Shown piece after piece: positions 42,682 through 51,902 of a stretch of 55,971 nucleotides of DNA. Location: the IMG/VR virus record IMGVR_UViG_3300045988_144994; one strand, 5' to 3'. The position numbers were made by a program, and so were the translations under genes. The notes below the pieces were generated by a model. That model was not told the DNA's origin. It ran no database searches and saw only the letters and a program-made list of their open reading frames with translations. Origin of the DNA: a virus. Position 1 is the first letter of the stretch; each line of letters begins with the position of its first letter.

Positions 42682-43262
42682 TTAAAATATTTGACTTGCG
42701 TGTACTTGTTTCGGTTTGTCTTTATCGGTGGAGTAGGAGGGTTGGCACTTTAATAACATTTGGATATTTAGCCAGCTTATTTCATGCAACACTTCATGAT
42801 AGCTTAACCCTAGGCCTTTCATGGCGCCGAATATTATTGCCCAAGGACTGTCGTTTTTGTCTTCTTCGTCAGATTCAAACCTTGAAGGAAAATTATATTG
42901 GTCAAAAAAAAAGGAGAGTTCAGGCGTTCTACATACAACTCCTGCAATTCGGTCATTGCCTTTTCATCGAGATTGTTACGGATAAACTTCTTGTTCTCTA
43001 TCCTGTCCTCTTCATTTCTATATAATACGATAAGGGCGATGTTCAATTGCACTTCGAGATCGTCAAGGTGGTCTAACATTACCGTCAGCACGTCCTTCCC
43101 TTGGTCTTCCTCCGAAATGCCTTTTAGCTCTGCTATCTCCGCTGATATATCAATAATCTGACCGAGTGTGAGCGGTTTTACTTTCAGTTCCTCGCCTCCA
43201 ATATGTATTACCGTGTCCTTTTCATTTATTTCTTTTGCTACTTGTTGCTCTAATGTTTCCAT
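42682..43262 (-). CDS. Tail assembly chaperone GT-like product via -1 frameshift at the T9 run
   Basis: The minus strand reads cc-ttttttttt-gac (plus-strand A9 at 42904-42912). The -1 frame stays open as ...FFFDQYNFPSRFESDEEDKNDSPWAIIFGAMKGLGLSYHEVLHEISWLNIQMLLK... to a TAA at 42682-42684, 4 nt before the tape measure ATG. Confidence 0.6.
42834..43262 (-). CDS. Tail assembly chaperone (G-like, zero-frame product)
   Basis: 142-aa ORF between the major tail and tape measure genes. It contains a T9 slippery run. Confidence 0.65.
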   Translation of the reverse strand: METLEQQVAKEINEKDTVIHIGGEELKVKPLTLGQIIDISAEIAELKGISEEDQGKDVLTVMLDHLDDLEVQLNIALIVLYRNEEDRIENKKFIRNNLDEKAMTELQELYVERLNSPFFLTNIIFLQGLNLTKKTKTTVLGQ

Positions 43263-43275
43263 GTCTATAAAATTA

Positions 43276-43297
43276 GAGGGGGATTTATTTCCCCCTC
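43276..43297 (-). terminator. Hairpin gaggggg-aaataaat-ccccctc after the major tail gene (partial terminator candidate)
   Basis: 7-bp G/C stem followed by the U-rich sequence uaauuuua on the minus strand. Confidence 0.4.
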
Positions 43298-43305
43298 ATT
43301 AGTAA

Positions 43306-43884
43306 TTAGGCGGAAACCACCTGTTTTCTTCTCGAACCCGGAATCTGCTTGTTGTCTTTATTGAAATTCGCCATGATGGTACAGGTCAATTCGAGGTTAG
43401 ACAACCCGGATTTTCCCACAACACCGGTTTCTTTTACAACGACTTCAACTTTTGCCCACTGCCGGATAATACCTGGATATTTATCGGCTGGCATGGGTTC
43501 CAATTCCACAGCCTGCGGAGGTAACATGAAAGAAACCGGCTCAACTTCCCAGTCTTTGTTCGGGTCACTTTCTCCTGTCGGCTTTTGCCACCCAAGGAAA
43601 TATTTAAATGCCTCTTCCGACATATCATTCGTAGACACCGTAAATGAGCGTGTGCCTTTTCGCGTCTGTATGCTCATAGCAATGTCTTCCACCTCTTCCC
43701 ATTCAACATCCAATTTTTCCGGATCTTCCTGATTCATGTTGAATGAATCGGGAACAATCATTTTCATGTCGTATAACGATGCTAATGCCTCGGAAAAGTT
43801 CGGAAAAGAACCGGCATTTTCTCCGGTTGTAACTGCCGGCATAAACTTTAGGCTTTTAATGCCATATACAACTCTATCTGCCAT
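43306..43884 (-). CDS. Major tail protein candidate
   Basis: 192-aa ORF immediately upstream of the chaperone genes. Assigned by synteny. Confidence 0.5.
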   Translation of the reverse strand: MADRVVYGIKSLKFMPAVTTGENAGSFPNFSEALASLYDMKMIVPDSFNMNQEDPEKLDVEWEEVEDIAMSIQTRKGTRSFTVSTNDMSEEAFKYFLGWQKPTGESDPNKDWEVEPVSFMLPPQAVELEPMPADKYPGIIRQWAKVEVVVKETGVVGKSGLSNLELTCTIMANFNKDNKQIPGSRRKQVVSA

Positions 43885-43886
43885 AA

Positions 43887-44279
43887 TTATAGATTTAAAT
43901 AAGTTACTTTTACTCTTAAATTTCTGAAATGCGTACCGTTGTCTTCCTTGTAATCCTTGCTTGACACAATGGAAAACTGGAATCCACTGTAATTCGTGTA
44001 ATACTGACCTGTTGCGTCTTTATCTCTTCGGAATATCGGCCTTATCTCGTTGTAAGCACTATCAAGCCGTCTGGAGTTCTTTATGCCTTGTACATCGGGG
44101 ATATGGATATTGACGTTTACGATAGAAGAATTGAACAATCTTTCTTCGCCAAATTCAAGCGGGAGGATTTCGATGTATTCTCCCCTATAATTAGGGTCGC
44201 GTGTATCTTCCTTAAAAACTCTTAAATTAGAGTTTTTCAGAAGATTATATACTTCCGTTTCCAACTCGCTCTTTTTCAT
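43887..44279 (-). CDS. Hypothetical tail/neck protein
   Basis: 130-aa ORF in the head-tail joining block. Confidence 0.5.
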   Translation of the reverse strand: MKKSELETEVYNLLKNSNLRVFKEDTRDPNYRGEYIEILPLEFGEERLFNSSIVNVNIHIPDVQGIKNSRRLDSAYNEIRPIFRRDKDATGQYYTNYSGFQFSIVSSKDYKEDNGTHFRNLRVKVTYLNL

Positions 44280-44755
44280 TTCTTGAATCCTGCTTGTTTT
44301 AATATCCTGTCGATAACGTCATTTATCTGGCTTACTAAATACGATTCGGTTTCAGTCAAGACATTATATCCCTTTGCTTCGACATACTCTGCGTAATTCA
44401 TTCCGGCAACGATGATAAGTGTGTATCCTGAGCCGGAAGACTTTCCAAGCTCTTCCGCGTATTTTTTCCCCTCACTTATACCTTCTCCATTGTTTCCCTC
44501 CGGACCTGAAATAGATTCAAATCCTCCTACATCAATAATATCACCGTCTTTTGCCAGCACATAACCGATTGAACTGCGCAAATTACCTGTCCGGTCTGTG
44601 AAATTTCCGTATGATTTCGCATGAGCTACAGCCTTTCCCCCGACAACGGTTTTCAATGTGAATTTTATTGCCTCTTCCACACGGCCAATTGATTCATCAA
44701 GTATGCCAAGAACTTGATTAAACTCGTTTTTACTATATGATAATCCGCTTTTCAT
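44276..44755 (-). CDS. HK97 gp10-like tail component
   Basis: AKSYGNFTDRTGNLRSSIGYVL resembles the TGNLRxSI motif of the gp10 family. Confidence 0.55.
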   Translation of the reverse strand: MKSGLSYSKNEFNQVLGILDESIGRVEEAIKFTLKTVVGGKAVAHAKSYGNFTDRTGNLRSSIGYVLAKDGDIIDVGGFESISGPEGNNGEGISEGKKYAEELGKSSGSGYTLIIVAGMNYAEYVEAKGYNVLTETESYLVSQINDVIDRILKQAGFKK

Positions 44756-45117
44756 GTCTTTATCACGTAGTTAAATTTTGTCGATCGGCTATCGATTACT
44801 GTAGCCTCCACTCCGTTCACGGTCTTATCTTTCTTTGTCAATCTTATTGTTGCCCCTTTTTTAGGCAGCTTTCCAGCATCAAAAGATTTAGGCAAGTAGA
44901 CATTGAAAGAATAGATGTAAGTCCCGCTAAGCGAATATGAGTTGTTCTCCTCAATGCGGCAATCGGACAAAAATTCAAACCCTCCACCGTCTTCTCCTCC
45001 TCCACTGTCTCCACCTCCGAATATCGGGTCTCCGTTCCCATCATAGTCAATCGAACCAGGTGTTCCTCCTGAGCTTGACGTTGATAACTCTATTTTGTCC
45101 GGATAATTGTACATCAA
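44752..45117 (-). CDS. Hypothetical virion protein
   Basis: 121-aa ORF with a Gly/Asp-rich middle. Overlapping start and stop codons on both sides. Confidence 0.5.
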   Translation of the reverse strand: MMYNYPDKIELSTSSSGGTPGSIDYDGNGDPIFGGGDSGGGEDGGGFEFLSDCRIEENNSYSLSGTYIYSFNVYLPKSFDAGKLPKKGATIRLTKKDKTVNGVEATVIDSRSTKFNYVIKT

Positions 45118-45422
45118 TAATACGCTGAATAGTCCTTAATTGTGTTATTTTCCTTTGTCATGTCCGGTTCTCCGAGTTCAGACGCTAACAAGGAATACCA
45201 TAACAAAACACTCTCCATGTTCCATGATGTGGATGCTCCCCCCTCGCTCATATTCGCTACCGGAATGATTTGTGAAAACTCCTTGTACATCGCCATTTTG
45301 GCAATCTTGGGGTCTACATCTTCATCCGGCGTAATATTCTGATTCAACATTATCACATCAATCTCTTCCGGAGATATATAGAACTTGGATAATGTAGCAG
45401 TTATGTATTCCTTGTAGGTCAT
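45114..45422 (-). CDS. Hypothetical protein in the head-tail connector position
   Basis: 102-aa ORF downstream of the capsid gene. Assigned by position only. Confidence 0.45.
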   Translation of the reverse strand: MTYKEYITATLSKFYISPEEIDVIMLNQNITPDEDVDPKIAKMAMYKEFSQIIPVANMSEGGASTSWNMESVLLWYSLLASELGEPDMTKENNTIKDYSAYY

Positions 45423-45434
45423 ATTACATCAATT

Positions 45435-45641
45435 TTAAGCATCCTTGGTTTTTCTTCCCTTCCCGGTTGTATCCTCTTTCTCTTCTTCGGTTGTATCCTC
45501 TTTCTTATTAAAAGGCTCAACCAAACCAAGTGCAATAAGTTCATTCCCACGCTCTTCATTGAGCGTAATGACATCCCCGGCTTTATATAACCGGGAATAG
45601 TCATATTTGTCTCTGAAATCCGATAAAATCTTTACTTTCAT
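45435..45641 (-). CDS. Small protein with a duplicated acidic C-terminal repeat
   Basis: 68 aa. A DNA direct repeat cggttgtatcctctttct (45464-45481 and 45488-45505) encodes KEDTT twice. Confidence 0.5.
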   Translation of the reverse strand: MKVKILSDFRDKYDYSRLYKAGDVITLNEERGNELIALGLVEPFNKKEDTTEEEKEDTTGKGRKTKDA

Positions 45642-46726
45642 GCCTGTACGGTTGTGGTGTCCATAGTATAAATTCTATCAACGTTCGCGATTACAGGAAC
45701 GACACGAGCCTGTGAAGTGGTGTATTCGCGGAGAGAAGGACGATTTTCCCGGTATTTGGAAACGAGCAAATACTGGTCTACCGTCTGATAGTTTACTCCC
45801 TGTACAGGGTGATTCATTTCTGCGAGACGCGACCATACCAAGGAACCTAGCTGACGGTCGCAGACAAATACAATCGTTCCCTTCTTCCACGGTGTGTTGT
45901 TTGTCTGTACTCCGTTCTTTTCTGTCTTGATAGTACGGTCAATCTTGGTGACAGAGAAGTTGAATCTGCTTGACATCACACGGTTTGCCTGTGTATTGTC
46001 AAGTACGGGAATACTCGTGCCGACAAATCCCTGCAAGAATGCGAACTGCTGGCGTACTTGGTCAGATGCGTTGAAGTTGTCAAACCACGCTTGGTCGGCA
46101 TAAGCTCCGATGATAACATTGCCGTCTTCCCGTGCCTTATTGACAACTTTCTGGATGTCATCAATAGGCTTTGATGTGGACGTATTCCCTTCCCAAACGA
46201 CTTTGACGCCGAATTTATTTGCGGTAAGGTATCCGTAATCCACACGTACACCGGTGCCTACATTGTCTGTATCTGCCAATGCCACACCGGTAGACAGGCC
46301 TTGCAAGAACATCAATTCGATACGCTCCCAGATACCGGCAATCACGCGCGGAGTGTCCTCGAAGATTTTGGCGATGATGGTTTTTTCATCAAATCCCTGT
46401 GCGAGTAACGTATCAATGTCCGTCATCTGCTTTTCGTTAAGGAACAATTCCATGCCCATCTTTGGAAGTTCTCCGCTTGCTTTCTCCAACGAATCACGCT
46501 TTTTCAACGGAAGCGGTGAATCCATTGCAACCACATCGGCGGCAACCCGCGTATATTGTCCCGTAAGGGATGCCCAACGGCCATCTACGGAATAATCCGT
46601 TTTAAGCAACTGCTTGAACATATAAGACAGCTGCGTCTGATTCTTGTCGTTCAGTTTTTCCACAATAGCCAAAATCAGCTTCGGGAAGTTTTTCTGAATC
46701 AAATCAAAGTAAAGTGATTTTTCCAT
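45638..46726 (-). CDS. Major capsid protein
   Basis: 362-aa ORF after the scaffold and small-protein genes. The segment VAADVVAMDSPLPLKKRDSLEKASGELPKMG resembles major capsid protein E-type proteins. Confidence 0.75.
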   Translation of the reverse strand: MEKSLYFDLIQKNFPKLILAIVEKLNDKNQTQLSYMFKQLLKTDYSVDGRWASLTGQYTRVAADVVAMDSPLPLKKRDSLEKASGELPKMGMELFLNEKQMTDIDTLLAQGFDEKTIIAKIFEDTPRVIAGIWERIELMFLQGLSTGVALADTDNVGTGVRVDYGYLTANKFGVKVVWEGNTSTSKPIDDIQKVVNKAREDGNVIIGAYADQAWFDNFNASDQVRQQFAFLQGFVGTSIPVLDNTQANRVMSSRFNFSVTKIDRTIKTEKNGVQTNNTPWKKGTIVFVCDRQLGSLVWSRLAEMNHPVQGVNYQTVDQYLLVSKYRENRPSLREYTTSQARVVPVIANVDRIYTMDTTTVQA

Positions 46727-46729
46727 GTC

Positions 46730-47128
46730 TTAGTCCTCCTGATAATCGATTAACGGTAATGCGGTCTTCAATGCGGTGATAAGATCGGCACTCATGGTGT
46801 ATGGTGCTGCTTTTGGGTTGATGGTGCCTCGCGTCATGATAGCGGCAAACGGTTTGCTTGCCGGGATGGTTGCTACGAGAACCCCACAATACTTCGACGT
46901 TGATTCACCGTCAAGTGGGGTATATGCTGCCTCGCTGACAGGCAGAGGCTGAATCTTGCCGTCTGACGTTTCAATAAGAATGTGTCCGGCTTTTACAAAT
47001 TTCTCCGTGTATCCTGTCAAGTCAAGCGAGCGACCGCCACGGATGCCGTCAAAGTAATTCACGATAACGATATTGTCATTACCGGTAATGACTCCTTGTG
47101 GCTCATTCACTAAATTTACTACTGTCAT
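46730..47128 (-). CDS. Hypothetical virion protein (possible capsid accessory)
   Basis: 132-aa ORF between the scaffold and capsid genes. Confidence 0.45.
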   Translation of the reverse strand: MTVVNLVNEPQGVITGNDNIVIVNYFDGIRGGRSLDLTGYTEKFVKAGHILIETSDGKIQPLPVSEAAYTPLDGESTSKYCGVLVATIPASKPFAAIMTRGTINPKAAPYTMSADLITALKTALPLIDYQED

Positions 47129-47140
47129 TTCCTTCTGATT

Positions 47141-47749
47141 TTAGATTAATAAACTATCCGCAATTTCCTTGGCTTGCTCTTGAGTGATTTCGCCTTTGTT
47201 TTGCGGAAAACCACCTCTTTCCGGAATGCCTTTGTCTACCATGTGCTGTTTATAGGCGGTTAGATGTGACGTAATCCCAGCGTTATCAAGTTCTGCCGGC
47301 ACGTTGAGATACTTCAAGTCTGATTCGTCGATACCCAGCCTTTTGGCTTCGGAAGAGATAAAAGTGTTCCGGTCGGTATCTGCCTTGTCTTTTTCGTAAG
47401 ATTGGATTTTCTCTTGAAAAGGCTTGACCGCTTCGGCAACTGCCTCCGCAACCATGGCTTTAATGTCGTCCGGTTTGGGTTCATCTTTCTTGCCAAGATC
47501 GTCCTCCTTGTCCTGTTTGGCTTTCAGTTCGTCGTACTGCTTTTGAAGTTCGGATTTCTCCGTCCTTACCTTGTCTACATCGCCCTGGAATGCTTTCAGC
47601 AAGGGTTCAACCCCTGCGATTGCTGCCTCGATTTGTGATTCTTCTGTGACGGTTTTAGATAAGTAATCAGCCACCCCGTCAAAAGCTTTTTCGCCAAACC
47701 CTAAGTTGGAATACTTAGTTTTCAGTTGAGATAAGATTTTTGGTTTCAT
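47141..47749 (-). CDS. Scaffolding protein candidate
   Basis: 202-aa helical, acidic ORF just upstream of the capsid genes. Confidence 0.5.
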   Translation of the reverse strand: MKPKILSQLKTKYSNLGFGEKAFDGVADYLSKTVTEESQIEAAIAGVEPLLKAFQGDVDKVRTEKSELQKQYDELKAKQDKEDDLGKKDEPKPDDIKAMVAEAVAEAVKPFQEKIQSYEKDKADTDRNTFISSEAKRLGIDESDLKYLNVPAELDNAGITSHLTAYKQHMVDKGIPERGGFPQNKGEITQEQAKEIADSLLI

Positions 47750-47760
47750 TCGTTATGAAT

Positions 47761-47871
47761 AAAAAAAAGGCAAACGTCCGATAGTATAAATACAACTATC
47801 AGGCGCTTGCCTTTTCTGTTAGTAATTCCGTTATTTTAATTGGTAGTGTACATCATCATACACCTGATAGT
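47761..47871 (-). promoter_or_regulatory. Attenuator-like triad: 19-bp hairpin plus U8 terminator, with an upstream alternative pairing segment, 12 nt before the scaffold ATG
   Basis: On the minus-strand RNA, seg2 AAGGCAAGCGCCUGAUAGU (47813-47795) pairs with seg3 ACUAUCGGACGUUUGCCUU (47785-47767): 16 WC pairs, 2 GU pairs and 1 mismatch, followed by U8. Seg1 ACUAUCAGG (47871-47863) is perfectly complementary to the 3' part of seg2. Confidence 0.5.
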
Positions 47872-47913
47872 ATTGCAAATGTACACATTATTTTTATTTA
47901 ATCCAAATAAAAA

Positions 47914-49029
47914 TTACAAATCTTTGAACACCTTTGGATAAATGAAATACTTTTCCGCATATTTAGGATTATTTGTGACGTAGTAGGGTAGGGCACTCCA
48001 TCCCGATATTTGTTTTTTATGAGTTTGTGACCATTTGATGAACTTATCTGGTATGTCGGTTATCATCTTTGGTTTTACCGTTGTCGGTTCTTTGCCGTCT
48101 AATATCGCTTGCGTCATAGCGGCAATGTCTTCTTGTGTAGCGAATATCGGCGTCATGATACATCGGCAATGCGGATGCCATCCGTACCATACGAAATCTT
48201 TTGGGTACCTGCCTTGTGCATAGTCGCATATATCAATAAATGGCTCCGGCTTTCCTGTTTTCGGGTTCTTTAGCGTGTGGTTGTTCGATAATCTGATTTG
48301 AAAGCCTACAATTACTGGATTGTTTTGATAACTTTCCCATTCAGCCATCCGGTAAGAATTGTTTATTTCTGTTGCTGCAAGTCTTCTTGCGTTCATGTAG
48401 GAAGACCGATATACGCCTTGCCCGGGGTGATATTGCTTCGCCGCTTTGCTTAGCTTCAATTCTCCGGTTTCCTTGTCCCTTATTCGGCGGAATAGTTTTT
48501 TCGGTTCTTGTAGATATTCCCTTAAATCCTTGCTTAGTTTTTGCGCCGATTCTCCGTTTGACACGGCAAGTTGTACGGATTCTTCAATTTGTGCCTTTAT
48601 CCCGTCTTTCCATACTCTTGTGGATATGTCAAATTTATCTTTATTGAATTTAAAGGCATCCATCGCCTTATTCCGGTGCTTAAACAATCCGGATTTCCGA
48701 AAATTATCGGCTAATTCTGTAGAAATCTTGCTTAATACAAGCGTTTCCGTGACTTTTTCACCAATTCTCCATGCCGTTTCTTGGGCCGATGTGACAATAG
48801 AGTATATTTCATCGATAAGTTTGTCTATTTTCCCGTCGATGCCTTTTATTCCGTTAATATCAGAGAAAGATTTCAACTTTTTACCGGATAGATACGATTT
48901 AATACCCGGAATATTTGCTATCTCGCTTGAAAATTCGGAATACAAACGCTTCAAGCGGGATGCCGTTTGGGCGTCTAATTCGAGCAACAGGTTATATAAC
49001 TGCTCGAGTGTTAAATCGTCTGTCTTCAT
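47914..49029 (-). CDS. Minor head protein (Mu F / SPP1 gp7-like head morphogenesis)
   Basis: The C-terminal region ...ICDYAQGRYPKDFVWYGWHPHCRCIMTPI fits the HPxCRC motif of the family. Confidence 0.75.
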   Translation of the reverse strand: MKTDDLTLEQLYNLLLELDAQTASRLKRLYSEFSSEIANIPGIKSYLSGKKLKSFSDINGIKGIDGKIDKLIDEIYSIVTSAQETAWRIGEKVTETLVLSKISTELADNFRKSGLFKHRNKAMDAFKFNKDKFDISTRVWKDGIKAQIEESVQLAVSNGESAQKLSKDLREYLQEPKKLFRRIRDKETGELKLSKAAKQYHPGQGVYRSSYMNARRLAATEINNSYRMAEWESYQNNPVIVGFQIRLSNNHTLKNPKTGKPEPFIDICDYAQGRYPKDFVWYGWHPHCRCIMTPIFATQEDIAAMTQAILDGKEPTTVKPKMITDIPDKFIKWSQTHKKQISGWSALPYYVTNNPKYAEKYFIYPKVFKDL

Positions 49030-49131
49030 CTTTTCTTTCTTCTTTCTCTTCTCTTTGTTTTGCCATCTGGATAGTCTTCAAGATACGAATTTCTGAACAC
49101 GGAAAGGATATGAAGCCAAAACCGGTATAAA

Positions 49132-50613
49132 TTACTCCTCTTCTTCTTCATTTTTTGGGGCCCGTTGAAATTCTCCTAACAAAGAGCCTTGTGTTTCTAT
49201 CTGTTGCTCGCGTCTTTCCTTTAATTCTGTCAGGATCTTGTCAAGCTCGACGCTCGGGTCGTTGATATAGTCAATCAACGTAAGTGCGGTTTCCCGGCTT
49301 ATCAGCTCGGAGCTGTAAATATTAATAATGTCTGCTATCTTTTCGCTTACGTCGTCCTGGAATGGTTCGGCAAGCTGGCATGAAACCGAAAGATTTTCAA
49401 CTACTGACTTTAAAGATACGTCAAGCACATTCCCGATAATCGCCTTTATAATGCTTGCTTCTCGCTCATGTGCAATGTAGTATATCTCCATATTCTTCGC
49501 CCTCTTCATGTAGCCTAATGCCATAGCCCTTTTTAACGCCCTGCCTGTCGGTGCGCCTGCTGCTACAAGTGCGTCAAATGATAAGTCCGGCGTCATAGAT
49601 AGCATATAGATACACTTTTCGAGGTCTTTAATCTCTTCTCTTTTCAAATCGACAGCCGTATCTACGGAAAGATAGTCAAATTTGCTGTCTTTGCTCGGTA
49701 CGCCGACCACTTTACCGCCTCCTGCTTTTTCAGTGTCCGGCAATCCTGCCGTGTCTTTTTTGCTCTTTAAAGATTCGGCAACGTCAGCAGACATAACCAG
49801 TATCGGGTCGGCAACATAATCGTTTACATCGGATACGCGGGAACGGAGTGCCTCGATTCTATCTATTAAAGGCTGAATGCCGTACCAAGCCTTGTTTTGT
49901 GTGACATAGACAACAGGGATTTTACCTATCTCGTTTTTTTCTGCTACAACTTCCCAAGCTCCATTTGTTTTTTTGCATCGGTAAATAATAGTCGGGTAGT
50001 ATATATCGAAGTGGTAAACCGTTTTTACCCCCTCCAACAGGTAATATCCATGCCCGAAAGAAAGCATGTTGTCGTATTGGTCGAAGAGCGGCCTTAATTC
50101 ATCCCCTTTGCTTTTTGCGAGGACTTTAACACCAACCTTTTTCTCTCCAGCATCATTTTTGTAAACATAGTACAATTTTGCCGCCTCTGTTTCCGCGCCG
50201 GCTAATCTCTTAAACTCCCTCTGTGTGGTGTTCCATCGCGTGTTTTTCAGTACATCGGAATAAACTTGGAAAGCTCTATCCGCTCCGTCTGAATCCTGCT
50301 GCCATGTCGGAGGGTTCCCATACATGAATGTCAGTTCTATTTCATTTATGATTTGCTGATAGGGAGCTGATAGTTTTGCGAGGACTTTAGGAGGTCTCCC
50401 GATTCTAATTTTGTCTTGTTTACGCATAATCTTATGCGTATCTGGATTGTACTCTAAAATAGCCTCGTTTACCTCTTCGTCCCTGTTTTGTAACAAAGAA
50501 ATGACCTTTGAAATGTCCCTATCCCGGATCAATTCTTCAACAGTCCGATTAATCCCTATAGCATTCTGAATAGTGTTTGATGCCGAATTGAAAAAAGTAG
50601 ATAATAGATTCAT
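49132..50613 (-). CDS. Portal protein
   Basis: 493-aa ORF directly downstream of TerL. Size, acidic C-terminus and synteny fit an SPP1-type portal. Confidence 0.75.
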   Translation of the reverse strand: MNLLSTFFNSASNTIQNAIGINRTVEELIRDRDISKVISLLQNRDEEVNEAILEYNPDTHKIMRKQDKIRIGRPPKVLAKLSAPYQQIINEIELTFMYGNPPTWQQDSDGADRAFQVYSDVLKNTRWNTTQREFKRLAGAETEAAKLYYVYKNDAGEKKVGVKVLAKSKGDELRPLFDQYDNMLSFGHGYYLLEGVKTVYHFDIYYPTIIYRCKKTNGAWEVVAEKNEIGKIPVVYVTQNKAWYGIQPLIDRIEALRSRVSDVNDYVADPILVMSADVAESLKSKKDTAGLPDTEKAGGGKVVGVPSKDSKFDYLSVDTAVDLKREEIKDLEKCIYMLSMTPDLSFDALVAAGAPTGRALKRAMALGYMKRAKNMEIYYIAHEREASIIKAIIGNVLDVSLKSVVENLSVSCQLAEPFQDDVSEKIADIINIYSSELISRETALTLIDYINDPSVELDKILTELKERREQQIETQGSLLGEFQRAPKNEEEEE

Positions 50614-50678
50614 GGCTTGCCGTTCTGTTTTGGGTGCCTTGTAACATCACAAGACAATGCAAATATAGTGATTTTCAG

Positions 50679-51902
50679 TTATAATATATCAATATCAAAC
50701 TCATCTTTGTCGTAAAATACTTTCCGGTCGTAAATATGTCCTAATATTTCAGCAAGCACCCAATATCTTACTGCGTCAATGGCATGGTTGAACTTGTCAA
50801 TCGGTTCATTTAGCCATTTTCCAGCCTTGTCTTGCAAGTAGGTATAATTATTAAACTCCTTTATTACATTCGAACTTCTGCGAGTAATACATATCTCGTA
50901 TTCTTGCATTTTTTGAATGCCGGCCATCACACTACCTTTGAACTTCTCAACAGGGTAGATGTTTATTCCAGCATTATATATTTCTTGAATCAGTCGAGGA
51001 TCTGCACTTTCGGAAATAACTCTCATCTTCGGCACGCCTTTGAACTCTTCTATTATGTCGCCGGCTAACATGTGCGTCTTATAGCATATTTCATCTATGT
51101 ATAGCTTATTGTCAAGCAAACCAACATCCACTATAGCTGTAGGGTCATGAGTATATCCGAAGTCGTTAGCGTATCCGCGCTTCTTGCAATAATCTGGTAT
51201 TGAATCAACTAACGTGTATTTAGGGAAAACAAGCCCCTCTACTTGGCATTGCAATCCAAGCCCGTAAACCCTCCATAGGGATTCATTCTTATATTGTAAG
51301 CTCTCTATTTCATCGATGATTGTTTGTTCTAGAAATGGGTTATCCTTGTATGTAGTGATGAAATGGTAGGTGCGTGGGTCTCTATTTATTTCACAAAGCC
51401 AATGGTCGTCAGAGAAAGATGGATTATAGTCAATGATGGCAAACTTTGTCGTTCTCATCTTAAGCTGCTGCCATTCAATGAATGATATTTCGTTAGCTTC
51501 ATTCACAAATAGTATATCTCGCTTACGTCCTCTTATCTTCTGCTCATCATCCGTAGAGAAAAAATCAATCCATGAACCGTTTGGGAATGTATAGATGAAG
51601 TCTGTCTTGTTCATACATCCTTTCTCATCATATATTCCCATGTTCCGCATTATCTCCTTGAAATCCACAAATACGGTCGCCTTTAATGCCGGCAACGTCT
51701 TTCTGACGATAGATAATCTTAAACCAGGATTCTGTAATAAATAGGTGATAAGTCTTATAAGAATGTTGTATGTCTTACTCGAACGGCTGGAGCCTTGCGC
51801 CGATATCGTGGTATATTTGCGCTTTTTCTGCCCGTCTACAATATCAAACTGATTAATGGCATTATCAACAATGGAGAATATTTTAGTAGTCTGTATCTTC
51901 AT
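50679..51902 (-). CDS. terL: Terminase large subunit (PBSX-type)
   Basis: Walker A-like AQGSSRSSKT near the N-terminus. 407 aa. It follows TerS with an overlap. Confidence 0.85.
   Translation of the reverse strand: MKIQTTKIFSIVDNAINQFDIVDGQKKRKYTTISAQGSSRSSKTYNILIRLITYLLQNPGLRLSIVRKTLPALKATVFVDFKEIMRNMGIYDEKGCMNKTDFIYTFPNGSWIDFFSTDDEQKIRGRKRDILFVNEANEISFIEWQQLKMRTTKFAIIDYNPSFSDDHWLCEINRDPRTYHFITTYKDNPFLEQTIIDEIESLQYKNESLWRVYGLGLQCQVEGLVFPKYTLVDSIPDYCKKRGYANDFGYTHDPTAIVDVGLLDNKLYIDEICYKTHMLAGDIIEEFKGVPKMRVISESADPRLIQEIYNAGINIYPVEKFKGSVMAGIQKMQEYEICITRRSSNVIKEFNNYTYLQDKAGKWLNEPIDKFNHAIDAVRYWVLAEILGHIYDRKVFYDKDEFDIDIL

Noticed and set aside
32172-42753. The many short plus-strand ORFs inside the fibre and tape measure genes
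   Set aside because: They are antisense to long, well-supported structural genes and are typical shadow ORFs.
42696-43025. The plus-strand ORF in the chaperone/tape-measure gap
   Set aside because: The gap is better explained by the minus-strand -1 frameshift extension of the tail chaperone.
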